NCBI GenBank assembly: GCA_963743815.1
Contig: CAVURB010000002.1
Coordinates: forward strand, 9,008 to 73,007
DNA length: 64,000 nucleotides
Source of the DNA: an uncultured Chloroflexia bacterium
GTDB lineage: Bacteria; Chloroflexota; Limnocylindria; Limnocylindrales; CSP1-4
Reading direction: 5' to 3'
A model generated the notes under the pieces. It did no database searches, had not been told where the DNA came from, and worked only from the letters and a program-made list of their open reading frames with translations. Below, one piece after another: positions 38,801 through 48,882 of the stretch (its first letter is position 1; the number at the start of each line of letters is the position of its first letter). Made by a program: the position numbers and the translations under genes.

Positions 38801-38849
38801 AACCACCCATGCGGATGACAGATCCGCCGGTCGGTGGTTACATCGACGC

Positions 38850-40223
38850 ATGCAGCGTCGAACCCGCCTTGTCACCGCACTCTCGGTCGCCATGCTGGCT
38901 GCGACGATGGGTGCGCCCGCCGTCCGCGCCGCGGATCCGGTCATCGTCGCCGCCGGCGACATCGGCGATTGCACGACGACCGCGGACACCGCGACCGCAA
39001 AGCTGCTGGACGCCATTCCCGGCACGGTCGTGACCCTCGGCGACAACGCCTACGACTCGGGGACCGCGGCCCAGTTCCGTGACTGCTACGCGCCGAACTG
39101 GGGCCGCCACCTGACGCGAACGCGACCATCGCCCGGGAACCACGACTACGGGACCGACGATGCGACCGGCTATTTCGGCTACTTCGGTTGGCGCGCTGGG
39201 GACCCGAGCAGGGGCTACTACAGCTATGACCTCGGCACGTGGCACATCGTCGTGCTCAACTCCAACTGCGGAGATATCGGCGGGTGTGGCTCGAGTTCGC
39301 CACAGGCCGTCTGGCTCCGCGCCGACCTCGCCAAGAAGTCGGGGTTCAGCGTCCTCGCCTACTGGCACCACCCGCGCTTCAGTTCGGGAGAGCACGGTGA
39401 CGACACGAGCGTCGGGACGTTCTGGGAGATCCTGTATGCAGCAGGCGCGGACCTGATCCTCAACGGCCACGATCACGACTACGAGCGGTTCGCCCCGCAG
39501 GACCCGGGTGGCCGCGCCGATCCCAGCCACGGGATCCGCCAGTTCGTCGTCGGGACTGGCGGTACGGACCTGCGGGCTCGCGCTTCCACCGCCGCCAACA
39601 GTCAGGTCTTCTCGTCCACGCATGGCGTCCTGCGCCTGACCCTGCGCGCCGATGCATACGACTGGGCGTTCGTCCCGATCGCCGGCAAGACCTTCAAGGA
39701 TTCCGGGACGGCCGCGACCCATGAGCCACCGGGAGCGCGGACGACGAAGACCTTCGCGATCTCTGACGACACGTACGTTGACCAGGGCCGACCCGGAACC
39801 AACTTCGGGAGCGCCACCCGTATCCTCGTGGATAGCGACGCTGGCGGCGGGACCGACCAGCACGGCTACCTGAAGGCGACCGTCGCGGGCATCAGTGGCG
39901 CCGTGGACCGCGCGATGCTGCGGCTGTGGGTCACGAACCCGACCGTCAACGGCCCGCGCGTCCACCCGACCACCACCGGGTGGGCCGGCGGTTCCATCAC
40001 CTGGCGGACCAAGCCGCCGCAGACCGGCAACTCCGCGTCCGACGCCGGCGCGATGGCCGGCGGCCGTTGGGTGGATCTCGACGTGACGAAGATCGTCCGC
40101 GGGAACGGCACGTATGGCTTCCTCTTGCACCCGACGTCCGGGGACGGGCTCGCGGTCGAGTCCCGCCAGGGTGCGCATCCGCCCCGCCTGATCGTGCAGA
40201 CCGTGGCGGCCTCCGGGGACTGA
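38850..40223 (+). CDS. Secreted calcineurin-like metallophosphoesterase with C-terminal DNRLRE/CBM96-like domain
   Basis: Signal peptide; AGDI, GDNAY, GNHDY, HHP, GHDHDYER; DTYVDQGRPGTNFGS. Confidence 0.85.
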   Translation: MQRRTRLVTALSVAMLAATMGAPAVRAADPVIVAAGDIGDCTTTADTATAKLLDAIPGTVVTLGDNAYDSGTAAQFRDCYAPNWGRHLTRTRPSPGNHDYGTDDATGYFGYFGWRAGDPSRGYYSYDLGTWHIVVLNSNCGDIGGCGSSSPQAVWLRADLAKKSGFSVLAYWHHPRFSSGEHGDDTSVGTFWEILYAAGADLILNGHDHDYERFAPQDPGGRADPSHGIRQFVVGTGGTDLRARASTAANSQVFSSTHGVLRLTLRADAYDWAFVPIAGKTFKDSGTAATHEPPGARTTKTFAISDDTYVDQGRPGTNFGSATRILVDSDAGGGTDQHGYLKATVAGISGAVDRAMLRLWVTNPTVNGPRVHPTTTGWAGGSITWRTKPPQTGNSASDAGAMAGGRWVDLDVTKIVRGNGTYGFLLHPTSGDGLAVESRQGAHPPRLIVQTVAASGD

Positions 40224-40319
40224 CCCCGTCTCAGGTATCCTCAGGCGGCCAACCAGCCGTCGTTCTGGCACGGACCCGCGCCAGTCCTGCGCACCCCCCC
40301 GCCGACCACGGGAAGAGCC

Positions 40320-42161
40320 ATGGACCACGAGCCCGTTCTCATCTCGACCATCGCGATCGGACTGACCGCCGCATTCATCGGCGGCCTCCTCGCTCGACGC
40401 CTGCGCCTGCCAGCCATCGTCGGCTACATCGCGGCCGGGGTCGCCATCGGGCCCTTCACGCCCGGGCTGATCGCGGACGCCGAGATCGCGACCGAGCTCG
40501 CGGAGCTCGGCGTGATCCTGCTGATGTTCGGGGTCGGGATCCACTTCTCGTTCCGCGACTTGCTCGCAGTGAAGAACATCGCGGTTCCGGGCGCGGTCAT
40601 CCAGATCACGGTGGCTACCCTCCTGGGGATCGGCCTCGGCGTGCTGCTGGGCTGGGGCGTGGCCGGGGGTCTGGTCATCGGACTCGCCGTGTCGGTCGCA
40701 AGCACCGTCGTCCTGCTCCGGGCCCTGATGGATCGCGGCGAGCTCGACACGGAGCAAGGCCGGATCGCGGTCGGTTGGCTCATCGTGGAGGACATCTTCA
40801 CGGTCGTGGTCCTTGTGCTCCTGCCGGCGATCGCTCCGCTGCTCGGCGGGGCGGCGGCCGACCCGGCAGCGGGCAGCGGGCTGGGACCGATCGGTGACCT
40901 GGTCGTCGCGCTGACCAAGGCGACGATCTTCGCCATCGTCATGGTCGTGGTCGGCGCGCGGTTCGTCCCGTGGCTGTTGCTCGTCGTCGCCCGCGAGAGC
41001 TCCCGCGAACTGTTCACGCTCGCCGTCCTGGCCCTCGCCCTCGGGATCGCGTACGTCTCATCGGCCGTGTTCGGGGTGTCGTTCGCCCTCGGTGCATTCC
41101 TGGCCGGCGCGGTGGTCAGCGAATTGGACATGAGCCATCAGGCGGCCGCCGACGCCCTTCCGCTCCGTGATGCATTCGCCGTCCTCTTCTTCGTGTCCGT
41201 GGGGATGTTGCTGGACCCGGCGTATCTCGTCGCCAATCCACTCCCGATCGCCGCGATGGTGGCCCTCATCGTGGTCGCACAGCCATTCGTCGCGTTCCTG
41301 ATCGTCGCGCTCTTCGGATACTCATTGCGGATCGGATTGACGGTCGCGGCCGCCCTCGGCCAGATCGGCGAGTTCTCGTTCATCCTGGGCACGATGGGGC
41401 TGTCGCTCGCGCTCCTCCCCGACGAGGGGTTCCAGCTCATCGTCGCGGGGGCGCTGTTGTCGATCGCGCTCAATCCATTCCTGTTCCGCGCCGTGGATCC
41501 GCTCGAGACGCGACTGCGCGGGAACCCCGTCCTTGCCGCCATCACTGCGCGCCGCGCCGGCGTCCTGGGCACCCTGGACGAGCCCGTGCGAGACGCGCTC
41601 CGGCAGCACGCGATCCTGTGCGGGTACGGGCGGGTGGGTCGCCTGATCGGCCCGGCCCTGGAACGTCGCGGCTTCCGGTACGTGGTGATCACCCAGCAGC
41701 GGAACGAGGTGGACGGGTTGCGCCGTCGTGGCGTCCCCGCGCTCTATGGCGACGCCGCGAATCCGGAGGTCCTGGAGCTCGCCCATGTCGAACGCGCCCG
41801 CCTCGTGATCGTGGCCACGTCCGATCCGCACGAGACGCGGCTCATCGTGGAGCGGACTCGCCAACTCAATCCCGACCTGGACTTCGTGGTGCGGACCCAC
41901 AGCGATACGGAGGCCGCGCACCTGCGGGCGCTCAGCTCCAAGGTCCAGGCCGTCCATGGCGAGCGCGAACTCGCCGTGCAGATGGCGCGCTACTCGCTGC
42001 GCAGGTTCGGGGTCAGCGCGACCGAGGCCGAGTCGATCGCCCAGGGTCTTCGCGGACGGCCGGTCGCGCTCGTGGCACCGTCTGGGTCGCGGTCGCGGAG
42101 CGACCGGATCGAGCGCTGGTGGTCGCGGCTATGGGGCAACTCACCCGACGACGCGGGCTGA
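40320..42161 (+). CDS. Cation:proton antiporter with TrkA-N domain (YbaL/Kef-like)
   Basis: LAELGVILLMFGVGIHF, VASTVV, LIVEDI, QIGEFSF, CGYGRVG, YGDAANPEVL. Confidence 0.92.
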   Translation: MDHEPVLISTIAIGLTAAFIGGLLARRLRLPAIVGYIAAGVAIGPFTPGLIADAEIATELAELGVILLMFGVGIHFSFRDLLAVKNIAVPGAVIQITVATLLGIGLGVLLGWGVAGGLVIGLAVSVASTVVLLRALMDRGELDTEQGRIAVGWLIVEDIFTVVVLVLLPAIAPLLGGAAADPAAGSGLGPIGDLVVALTKATIFAIVMVVVGARFVPWLLLVVARESSRELFTLAVLALALGIAYVSSAVFGVSFALGAFLAGAVVSELDMSHQAAADALPLRDAFAVLFFVSVGMLLDPAYLVANPLPIAAMVALIVVAQPFVAFLIVALFGYSLRIGLTVAAALGQIGEFSFILGTMGLSLALLPDEGFQLIVAGALLSIALNPFLFRAVDPLETRLRGNPVLAAITARRAGVLGTLDEPVRDALRQHAILCGYGRVGRLIGPALERRGFRYVVITQQRNEVDGLRRRGVPALYGDAANPEVLELAHVERARLVIVATSDPHETRLIVERTRQLNPDLDFVVRTHSDTEAAHLRALSSKVQAVHGERELAVQMARYSLRRFGVSATEAESIAQGLRGRPVALVAPSGSRSRSDRIERWWSRLWGNSPDDAG

Positions 42162-42168
42162 CCGTCGG

Positions 42169-44052
42169 CTAGTCGGTCGGCGCCGACGCGGCGGCGGGCG
42201 CGCCCTTCCCGACGAGCGTGATGCCGGTGATCCGCGCGTAGTTCGAGTAGTACGTGTCGCGGTGGATGACCTTGCCGTTCTTGTCGCGCACGGTCCGCGT
42301 CGCGCTGACCTGGAAGCCGTTCACCGGGTACTCGATCCGCTTGCGGGCGCCAGGGGCAAGGCTCGAGGTGTACTGGACGGTGTCGCTCGCGCGTCGGACG
42401 TTCTGGCGGGCACCGGTCGCGATGGTCACCTTCCGGCCGTTCGGGACGCTGTACAGGTCGAACCGTACGTAGCCCGCGCCGCCCTCGCGCCAGCCGCGGC
42501 CCCGGATGAGGATCGGGTACTCGGTGTCGTTGGTGAACGACATCGTCTGCCGCGAGCCGGAGGCGCTGATGAAGACGGTGGCATCGAGGCCGAGCGGATA
42601 GCGGTCGATGTAGTAGTAGTGGTTGCGACGGGCACCCATCTCGTAGCCAGCACGGAGGGCGGCGTTGAACAACGTGGTGGAGCACGAGCAGATCCCGCCC
42701 GCGAGCGCGCCCTGCGGTTCGGTCTTGCCGTTGATGATGGCGCCGCCGTCCCGGTACCCCTTCGCGCGGGTGACCGGCCCGATCGCGTCCCAGAAGTCGA
42801 ATGTCGCCCCCGGGGCCACGACGTAGCCGTCGATGAGCCGCGCGGGGATCCAGATGTTCGCCCCGAAACCGTTCTTCTCGCTGATCGGGAAGTACGTGGT
42901 CCAGGTACCGCCCTTGAGCCGCTTCATCTTGGGTCGGGCGGCCTCCGCCTCGGCGGTCGTCAGGACGGGCTTCGTCACCTCGAGGGCAGGTTCGACGGAC
43001 AGGTTGACCGGCCCCGCGGCACGCTCCTTGAGGAGCGCCTCGACTTGGGCGGTCGTCGCGACGACGTCCACCTTATAGCCGTTCTTGCTCGGGGTGACCC
43101 CGCTGATCTCGCCACCGGACGTCTTGAACGACGCGTTGACCGGGGCCTTGTCGATCTTCTTGGCCGCCTTCTCGATGGCCGCGGGCAGCTTCTCCGTATC
43201 GATCGTCGGCGCGTATCCGCCGTCGGCGGTCGGCGTGAAGGTGATCCAACCGCGGAGTGTCTTTGCGGAGATGGACGGCGGCTTCTCCACGTCCTCGGCC
43301 GCGAGCGTGATCTTGGTGGTGATGCGCTCGGCCGTTGCCTTCGCGGTGGACGCCTCCGTCGTGGTGACGGCGGGCTCTACGGCGTCGACCGGTACGGGGA
43401 TCTCGAGGCGCGCCGGGGCGTCGAGCTCGCCCAGTGCGGCCAGGGCCATCGCGATGGGCTCCGCGGGGTCTGCCACCCGCCCGTCCGCGCCGGGTTCGAG
43501 TTCGAACTTGACCTCGTCGTTGGTGATGACCGCGGCGTCGACGGGATCCCGGGTGAGCAGTCCCAGGTGACCACTGATCCGCTTCGCAAGGAGATCGGCG
43601 TCGAAGGTGACCCGCGGTTGCAGGGTGACGCCGCGCAGGGCCGTGCGAGCGTCCGCGATCACCCGCTCGACGGGGTTGCCGTCCCGGCCGACGGCCATCG
43701 CCTCGGCCACCATCGCCTCGACGTCGGCGCGCCGACCGAACTCGGCGAACGGGATGACGATGTCCCCATCCGGGCCGGCCAGGACGACCTCGCCATCGGA
43801 CAGCGGGGCGTAGGCGGCGGCGAGGGTCGCTGTCGCGGAGCCGGCATCCATCCCCGACAGGTCCAGCGTGCCCATGCGGACCCCGGGCAGCACGCGACCG
43901 GCGTACTGCTGGTCGTAGGCGTACATGGCGCCCACGCCAAGGGCCATCGCCGCGATGAGCCCGGCCAGGAACGCAACGAAGAACCGCGTGCGCGTGGATG
44001 CTCGACGCGGTTCGTGCGCGATCCCGACGGTTTCAGGCGTGGTCGTGGTCAT
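42169..44052 (-). CDS. VanW-family protein with peptidoglycan-binding (PG_binding_4-like) region
   Basis: N-terminal TM; GATFDFWDAIG, GGICSCSTTLFNAAL, RRNH, YPLGLDATV. Confidence 0.87.
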   Translation of the reverse strand: MTTTTPETVGIAHEPRRASTRTRFFVAFLAGLIAAMALGVGAMYAYDQQYAGRVLPGVRMGTLDLSGMDAGSATATLAAAYAPLSDGEVVLAGPDGDIVIPFAEFGRRADVEAMVAEAMAVGRDGNPVERVIADARTALRGVTLQPRVTFDADLLAKRISGHLGLLTRDPVDAAVITNDEVKFELEPGADGRVADPAEPIAMALAALGELDAPARLEIPVPVDAVEPAVTTTEASTAKATAERITTKITLAAEDVEKPPSISAKTLRGWITFTPTADGGYAPTIDTEKLPAAIEKAAKKIDKAPVNASFKTSGGEISGVTPSKNGYKVDVVATTAQVEALLKERAAGPVNLSVEPALEVTKPVLTTAEAEAARPKMKRLKGGTWTTYFPISEKNGFGANIWIPARLIDGYVVAPGATFDFWDAIGPVTRAKGYRDGGAIINGKTEPQGALAGGICSCSTTLFNAALRAGYEMGARRNHYYYIDRYPLGLDATVFISASGSRQTMSFTNDTEYPILIRGRGWREGGAGYVRFDLYSVPNGRKVTIATGARQNVRRASDTVQYTSSLAPGARKRIEYPVNGFQVSATRTVRDKNGKVIHRDTYYSNYARITGITLVGKGAPAAASAPTD

Positions 44053-44100
44053 GGGAGCGACATCCTATCAGCCGGGCGAAACCCCGCCGTTCGAGAGGGG

Positions 44101-44128
44101 CGGGCCTCCAGAAGACGCCGGAGGCCCG
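44101..44128 (-). terminator. Hairpin downstream of jag
   Basis: CGGGCCTCC...GGAGGCCCG. Confidence 0.45.
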
Positions 44129-44161
44129 GTCCGGGTGACGGGGCGGTACTCGACCTGCGGC

Positions 44162-45155
44162 TCAGCCGCCGCGCGGCAGGAGCACGACGCGCCGATTCGG
44201 CTCCTCGCCGATCGATTGCGTCACGACGTCCGCATGGTCACGCAGGGTCAGGTGGATCCAGCGACGCTCCAGGGCCGGCATCGGCTCCAGCTGGAGCATC
44301 TTCCCGGTCTCGGTGACGCGCGCAGCCGCCCGTTCCGCGAGCTCTCGGAGTTGGCGCTCCCGTCGGCCGCGATAGTCCTCGACATCCACGAGGACGCGGG
44401 TCCAGGCGCCCATCTCCTTGGAGAGCATCAGGTTCACGAGGTGCTGGAGGGCCGAGAGCCGCTCGCCCTTGCGCCCGATGAGGGCACCGAGCGCGTCGCG
44501 GTCATCGCCCTGGGCCACGACGTTGAGCCGGCTGGTCTCGCCGGCAGCGACTTCCACCTTGGCGTCGAAGCCCAGGTGGGTCATCAGGGTCTCGAGGATC
44601 CGCTGGCCCGCCGCAAGGGCCTCGGGCGAGGCTTCGGATGCCTCGAACTCGGCGCGTTCCGCAGCCAGCGAGCCGCGCGCGGCCGCGACTTCGGCGGCCT
44701 CGGACGCCGACACGTCCACAGCGGTGCCACGGCGGGGAGCGCGATCACGCGTATCGGGGCGCGGGCCGCGATCGTCACGGCGCGGGCCGCGGTCGCGCGG
44801 CTCCGGGCGCGGGCCGCGATCCTCACGGCGCGGGCCGCGGTCGCGCGGCCCGCGGTCGTCACGGGGCCGATCGTCCGCTGGGCGGTCGCGCGGCTCCGCC
44901 GGTCGGTCGTCGCGCGGCGACGGCGGAGGCAACGGCGTCGCGGCGGCGGCGTCGCGCTTCGGGCGCGGCACCACCGAGTGCGTCGCGCGGAGCGGCCACG
45001 ATCCGGGCGGGCTCGGCACCCATGCCCAGGACGCCCCGGCTCCCGGGGGTCAGGATCTCGAAGTCGAGATCGTTGAGGCCGGCACCGAACTCCTCGCGGG
45101 CGAGGCGGAGGGCCTCCTCGACCGTCTTGCCGGTGAATTCCTTGTAGGCACTCAT
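44162..45155 (-). CDS. jag: RNA-binding protein Jag/KhpB/EloR; frameshift near 45000
   Basis: EFTGKTVEEAL N-terminal domain, LIGRKGERL KH domain, MPALERRWIH R3H domain. Confidence 0.93.
44757..44880 (-). repeat. Coding tandem repeats (RDRGPR/RDDRGPR) in the Jag linker
   Basis: GCGGGCCGCG(A/G)TC units repeated, including an approximately 48-nt duplication. Confidence 0.8.
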
Positions 45156-45156
45156 G

Positions 45157-46326
45157 TCAGCGTCGTCTCCCTCGTCGGCCCTGGCGGCCGCGCTCGCGAT
45201 GACGGATCGTCTTCTCCGCCGTCGTCTTCTTGTCCGCGTCGGTCAGGATGGCCGCACGCTTGGATGGCTCAGGAGGTGGAGGCATCTCCACCGGGAAGCG
45301 GGGGGTGTGGGCGGTCGCGAAACCAGGTGTCCACCCGAGGAACGGGAACATGGAACCCCAGCCCACGATCAGGTACTGCTGGATGATCGAGAAGACCGTC
45401 GCGACGATCCAGTAGATGAACAGGCCCGCCGGAAGGAAGCCGCCGTACACGACGGAGATGAGCGGCAGGAACAGCATCGTCTGGCGCTGGATCCGGACGT
45501 TGGGATCGTCGTTCGACGGATCGGCCGCCGGCAGCATCATCCGCGACTGGACCAGCTGCAGCAGCGCCGAGGCGATGGCCAGGAAGCTGAGGCCGAAGCC
45601 GGCGATCCACAGGAAGGCCTGGGGCACGGCGATATCGCCGAGGATCGGCACCGTCGTGTCGATGCACGGGCCGAGCGCGGCGTCCGGCATGCCGGTGGCC
45701 GGGTTGATGTTGGTGCACTGGACGTCCACGACCTGGACTCCGAAGACGGTCAGCATGGCCGACGGATCCACGTTGGTCAGGCCCTGCGAGATGACCGAGT
45801 ACATGATGAACAACAGGGGAAGCTGAAGGAGCAGCGGGAAGCAGCCCGAGAGCGGGTTGATGCCGCGCTCCTTGAACAGCTCCTGCTGCGCCACGCGGGC
45901 CTTCATCTGGTCGCCCTTGTAGCGCTTCTGGACCTCCTTGAGCTCGGGCTGGATGAGCTGCATCCGCCGCTGGGAGACCAACTGCTTGCGATAGAGCGGG
46001 ATGAGGACCGCGCGGACGATCAGGGTCAGCACGACGATGGCCCAGGCGATCGCGCCGTCGATACCAAGGTTCTCGAGGAACTGGTAGACCGCGATCAGGA
46101 TGATGAACATCGACTGGAAGATCGGGGTGAACAGCCAGGCGATGGTCTGGACCGGATCCGAGCCGGGCTCGGCCGGCTCCAGGGGCGGGGCGGCCTGAGA
46201 CGGGATGGGCTGGCCGTCCGAGCCCGTGGGGGTCGCGCCCGGGACGCACGCCGCGAGGACGAGCGCGAAGACGACCGCGATCAGGAGCGCAGGACCGATC
46301 CGGCGGAGGGTCGGCGAGAGGGTCAC
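45157..46326 (-). CDS. yidC: Membrane protein insertase YidC
   Basis: AIVVLTLIVR, MQLIQPEL, GINPLSGCFPLLLQLP, PAGLFIYW; lipobox-like LAAC. Confidence 0.95.
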   Translation of the reverse strand: MTLSPTLRRIGPALLIAVVFALVLAACVPGATPTGSDGQPIPSQAAPPLEPAEPGSDPVQTIAWLFTPIFQSMFIILIAVYQFLENLGIDGAIAWAIVVLTLIVRAVLIPLYRKQLVSQRRMQLIQPELKEVQKRYKGDQMKARVAQQELFKERGINPLSGCFPLLLQLPLLFIMYSVISQGLTNVDPSAMLTVFGVQVVDVQCTNINPATGMPDAALGPCIDTTVPILGDIAVPQAFLWIAGFGLSFLAIASALLQLVQSRMMLPAADPSNDDPNVRIQRQTMLFLPLISVVYGGFLPAGLFIYWIVATVFSIIQQYLIVGWGSMFPFLGWTPGFATAHTPRFPVEMPPPPEPSKRAAILTDADKKTTAEKTIRHRERGRQGRRGRRR

Positions 46327-46341
46327 GGGCTGGGCGCCTCG

Positions 46342-46548
46342 CTAGCGGACCGGGTCATACCCGCCCGGGTTCCATGGGTGGCAGCGGGCGATGCGCTTGG
46401 CACCCATCCAGCTCCCCTTCAGCAGGCCGTACTTGGAGATGGCCTGCTCGGCGTAGTGCGAACACGTCGGCTCGAACCGACACGATGGCGGAAGCCACGC
46501 GAACACGATCCGGTAGAGCTTGATGAACCCGATCCCGATCCGCTTCAT
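46342..46548 (-). CDS. yidD: Membrane protein insertion efficiency factor
   Basis: [10 protein letters not shown]...[16 protein letters not shown]. Confidence 0.96.
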   Translation of the reverse strand: MKRIGIGFIKLYRIVFAWLPPSCRFEPTCSHYAEQAISKYGLLKGSWMGAKRIARCHPWNPGGYDPVR

Positions 46549-46880
46549 CCCGTGGCTCCTTCGACGACGCCGCCTCGGACGAGTGTCCGATGCAACGCTC
46601 CGACCAGCGTGTCGTGGTCGGTCTCGACGATCGCGGGCCGGGCGATGATGAGAACGTCCCAGCCGGGCTGGAACGAGGGCGCCATCACCCTGAGCGCCTC
46701 GCGGATCCGTCGGCGGACCCGGTTCCGTACGACCGCACCGCCCAGCCGGCGGCCGGTCGACAGGCCGAACCGCGTCGTCTCGAGATCGGTCCGCAGGAAT
46801 CGGACGGTGAACAGGGAGTGGGACTTGGTCGTCGCCGCACCCTGGATCGCCGCGAAGTCCTGCGGGCGAGAGAGCATCAC
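46545..46880 (-). CDS. rnpA: RNase P protein component; start approximate
   Basis: [25 protein letters not shown] (RNR motif). Confidence 0.95.
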   Translation of the reverse strand: MMLSRPQDFAAIQGAATTKSHSLFTVRFLRTDLETTRFGLSTGRRLGGAVVRNRVRRRIREALRVMAPSFQPGWDVLIIARPAIVETDHDTLVGALHRTLVRGGVVEGATG

Positions 46881-46912
46881 GAGTCGCGGCGGGTTTGGGC
46901 CGCGATCGGTGG

Positions 46913-47047
46913 TCAGGCCGTCAGTCGCTTCCGACCACGAGCCCGCCGCGCGGCGAGGATACGGCGACCCGGCGTCGTCTTCATCCGGGCACGGAAGCCG
47001 TGCTCCTTGGCGCGATGGCGCTTCTTGGGCTGGTAGGTCCGCTTCAT
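46913..47047 (-). CDS. rpmH: 50S ribosomal protein L34
   Basis: [22 protein letters not shown]. Confidence 0.98.
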   Translation of the reverse strand: MKRTYQPKKRHRAKEHGFRARMKTTPGRRILAARRARGRKRLTA

Positions 47048-47163
47048 CGGGGTGTCCTGAGATCCTCTCCGTCCGGCCTCGGGGACGGTCGCTCCGTCTT
47101 CCCCGAAAGGCACGCAAACGCGCCGGTACCCCACGGGGTACATGGCGCGTCGTCGTCCGGCGG

Positions 47164-47193
47164 ATGATATGACGCGCCCGGAAGGGGTGTCAA
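47164..47193 (-). promoter_or_regulatory. rpmH operon promoter
   Basis: TTGACA-N18-TATCAT on the minus strand. Confidence 0.75.
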
Positions 47194-47280
47194 ACGCCGA
47201 CGACCCTCGTCCGCTGGGGCCGCGGCGGGCCTCGATGGGCCTCACGCACGGATACTCCCCAGGGGTATGGGAGAATCGCC

Positions 47281-47310
47281 TTGCGACGGCGTCTTCGCCG
47301 GTGCTATCCT
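47281..47310 (+). promoter_or_regulatory. dnaA promoter
   Basis: TTGCGA-N18-TATCCT with extended TG. Confidence 0.65.
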
Positions 47311-47499
47311 CTCCGGGCCCTCGGCGCCGGGACGCTCGCGGGAGACCCTCAGGCAGCCTCGGGAAGCAGGCGTGAGGGACCGCGTCGACCGCATCGTCGG
47401 ACGGGCGTCACGAGCGCTCGCGACCCGGCTCCCCCGACCCCCGTTCTCCGGCCGCACCTACCTATCGACAAGCCCGAGCACCAAGGTCCCATCGAACGA

Positions 47500-48882
47500 A
47501 TGGACGCGAAGCAGGTCTGGCGAGCCGCCCTGGGTGAACTCCAGGTCTCGCTGTCTCCGGCCAATTACGAGACGTGGCTGCGCGACACGCAGCTCGTCGA
47601 TGTCGAGGAGCAGCGCTTCCGGATCGCCGTTCCCAACGGCTTTGCGAAGGACTGGCTCGAGACCCGCTACCGGTCGCTCATCAGCCAGACGCTCGCGAGG
47701 ATCGTCGGCTACAGCGTCCAGGTCGAGTTCGTGGTCGGCGCGACGACTCCCGTGGCCGAGGACGAGACGGACGGCATCGCGGCAGCCCCCGCGCCCGTCC
47801 CCGCCGCGAGCCAGCATGTCCGAGTGGAGCCCACGCGGGTCGGCGGCGAGGGCGGCGCGACCAACATCAACCCGCGGTACACGTTCAGCAACTTCATCGT
47901 CGGGTCGGCCAATCGCCTGGCCCACGCGGCGAGCCTGTCGGTGGCGGAACGGCCGGGGCACGCCTACAACCCGCTGTTCCTGTACGGGGGCGTTGGTCTC
48001 GGCAAGACCCACCTGATGCATGCGATCGGCAACCAGGTGATCGCCCGGTTCCCGCGCAAGCGTGTCGTGTACGCCACGTCCGAGAAGTTCACGAACGAGT
48101 TCATCACGAGCATCCAGCAGGGCAAGATCGACGAGTTCCGGGCGCGCTACCGGCGGATCGACCTGCTGCTCATCGACGACATCCAGTTCATCGCGGACAA
48201 GGAGCGGACGCAGGAAGAGTTCTTCCATACGTTCAATGCGATCCACGAGGACGGCAAGCAGATCGTCCTTTCGTCGGACCGCCCGCCCAAGGCCATCCTC
48301 ACGCTCGAAGAGCGGCTGCGGAGCCGGTTCGAGTGGGGCCTCATCGCCGACCTCACGGCACCAGACCTCGAGACGCGGATCGCCATCCTCCGGGCCAAGG
48401 CCGAGGAAGGCGCGGTGCCGATCGGCTCCGACGTCATCGAGTTCATCGCCCGCAAGGTCGTCAGCAACATCCGCGAGCTCGAGGGGGCGCTCAACCGGAT
48501 CGTCGCCTACGCCTCCATGGGAGCGATGCCCATCAGCATCGAGCTGGCGCAGGCGGTCCTCTCCAACGTCCTGTACAACCCCAAGAAGCGCCAGGTCACC
48601 CCGGAGCGGATCGCCCGGGCCGTGTCCGATTACTACAGTGTCCCCATGGATGCGCTGCAGGGGCAGAAGCGGGACAAGGCGATCGTGATGCCGCGGCAGA
48701 TCGCCATGTTCCTCATGCGCGAGGAGACGGACGTCTCGCTGCTGCGGATCGGTGCCGAGCTCGGCGGACGCGACCACTCCACCGTGCTGCACGCCTGCGA
48801 CAAGATCACGCGGGAGGTAGCCGTCAACGACGAGCTTCGCCGCGAGATCGCCGCGGTCCGCGAGCTGATCTACGCCGACTGA
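47500..48882 (+). CDS. dnaA: Chromosomal replication initiator DnaA
   Basis: YTFSNFIVG, NPLFLYGGVGLGKTHL, LIDDIQF, RLRSRF, GGRDHSTV. Confidence 0.98.
   Translation: MDAKQVWRAALGELQVSLSPANYETWLRDTQLVDVEEQRFRIAVPNGFAKDWLETRYRSLISQTLARIVGYSVQVEFVVGATTPVAEDETDGIAAAPAPVPAASQHVRVEPTRVGGEGGATNINPRYTFSNFIVGSANRLAHAASLSVAERPGHAYNPLFLYGGVGLGKTHLMHAIGNQVIARFPRKRVVYATSEKFTNEFITSIQQGKIDEFRARYRRIDLLLIDDIQFIADKERTQEEFFHTFNAIHEDGKQIVLSSDRPPKAILTLEERLRSRFEWGLIADLTAPDLETRIAILRAKAEEGAVPIGSDVIEFIARKVVSNIRELEGALNRIVAYASMGAMPISIELAQAVLSNVLYNPKKRQVTPERIARAVSDYYSVPMDALQGQKRDKAIVMPRQIAMFLMREETDVSLLRIGAELGGRDHSTVLHACDKITREVAVNDELRREIAAVRELIYAD

Noticed and set aside
38800-42161. Genomic island integrated at the tmRNA 3' end
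   Set aside because: I saw no duplicated ssrA 3' fragment, no integrase and no obvious composition shift.
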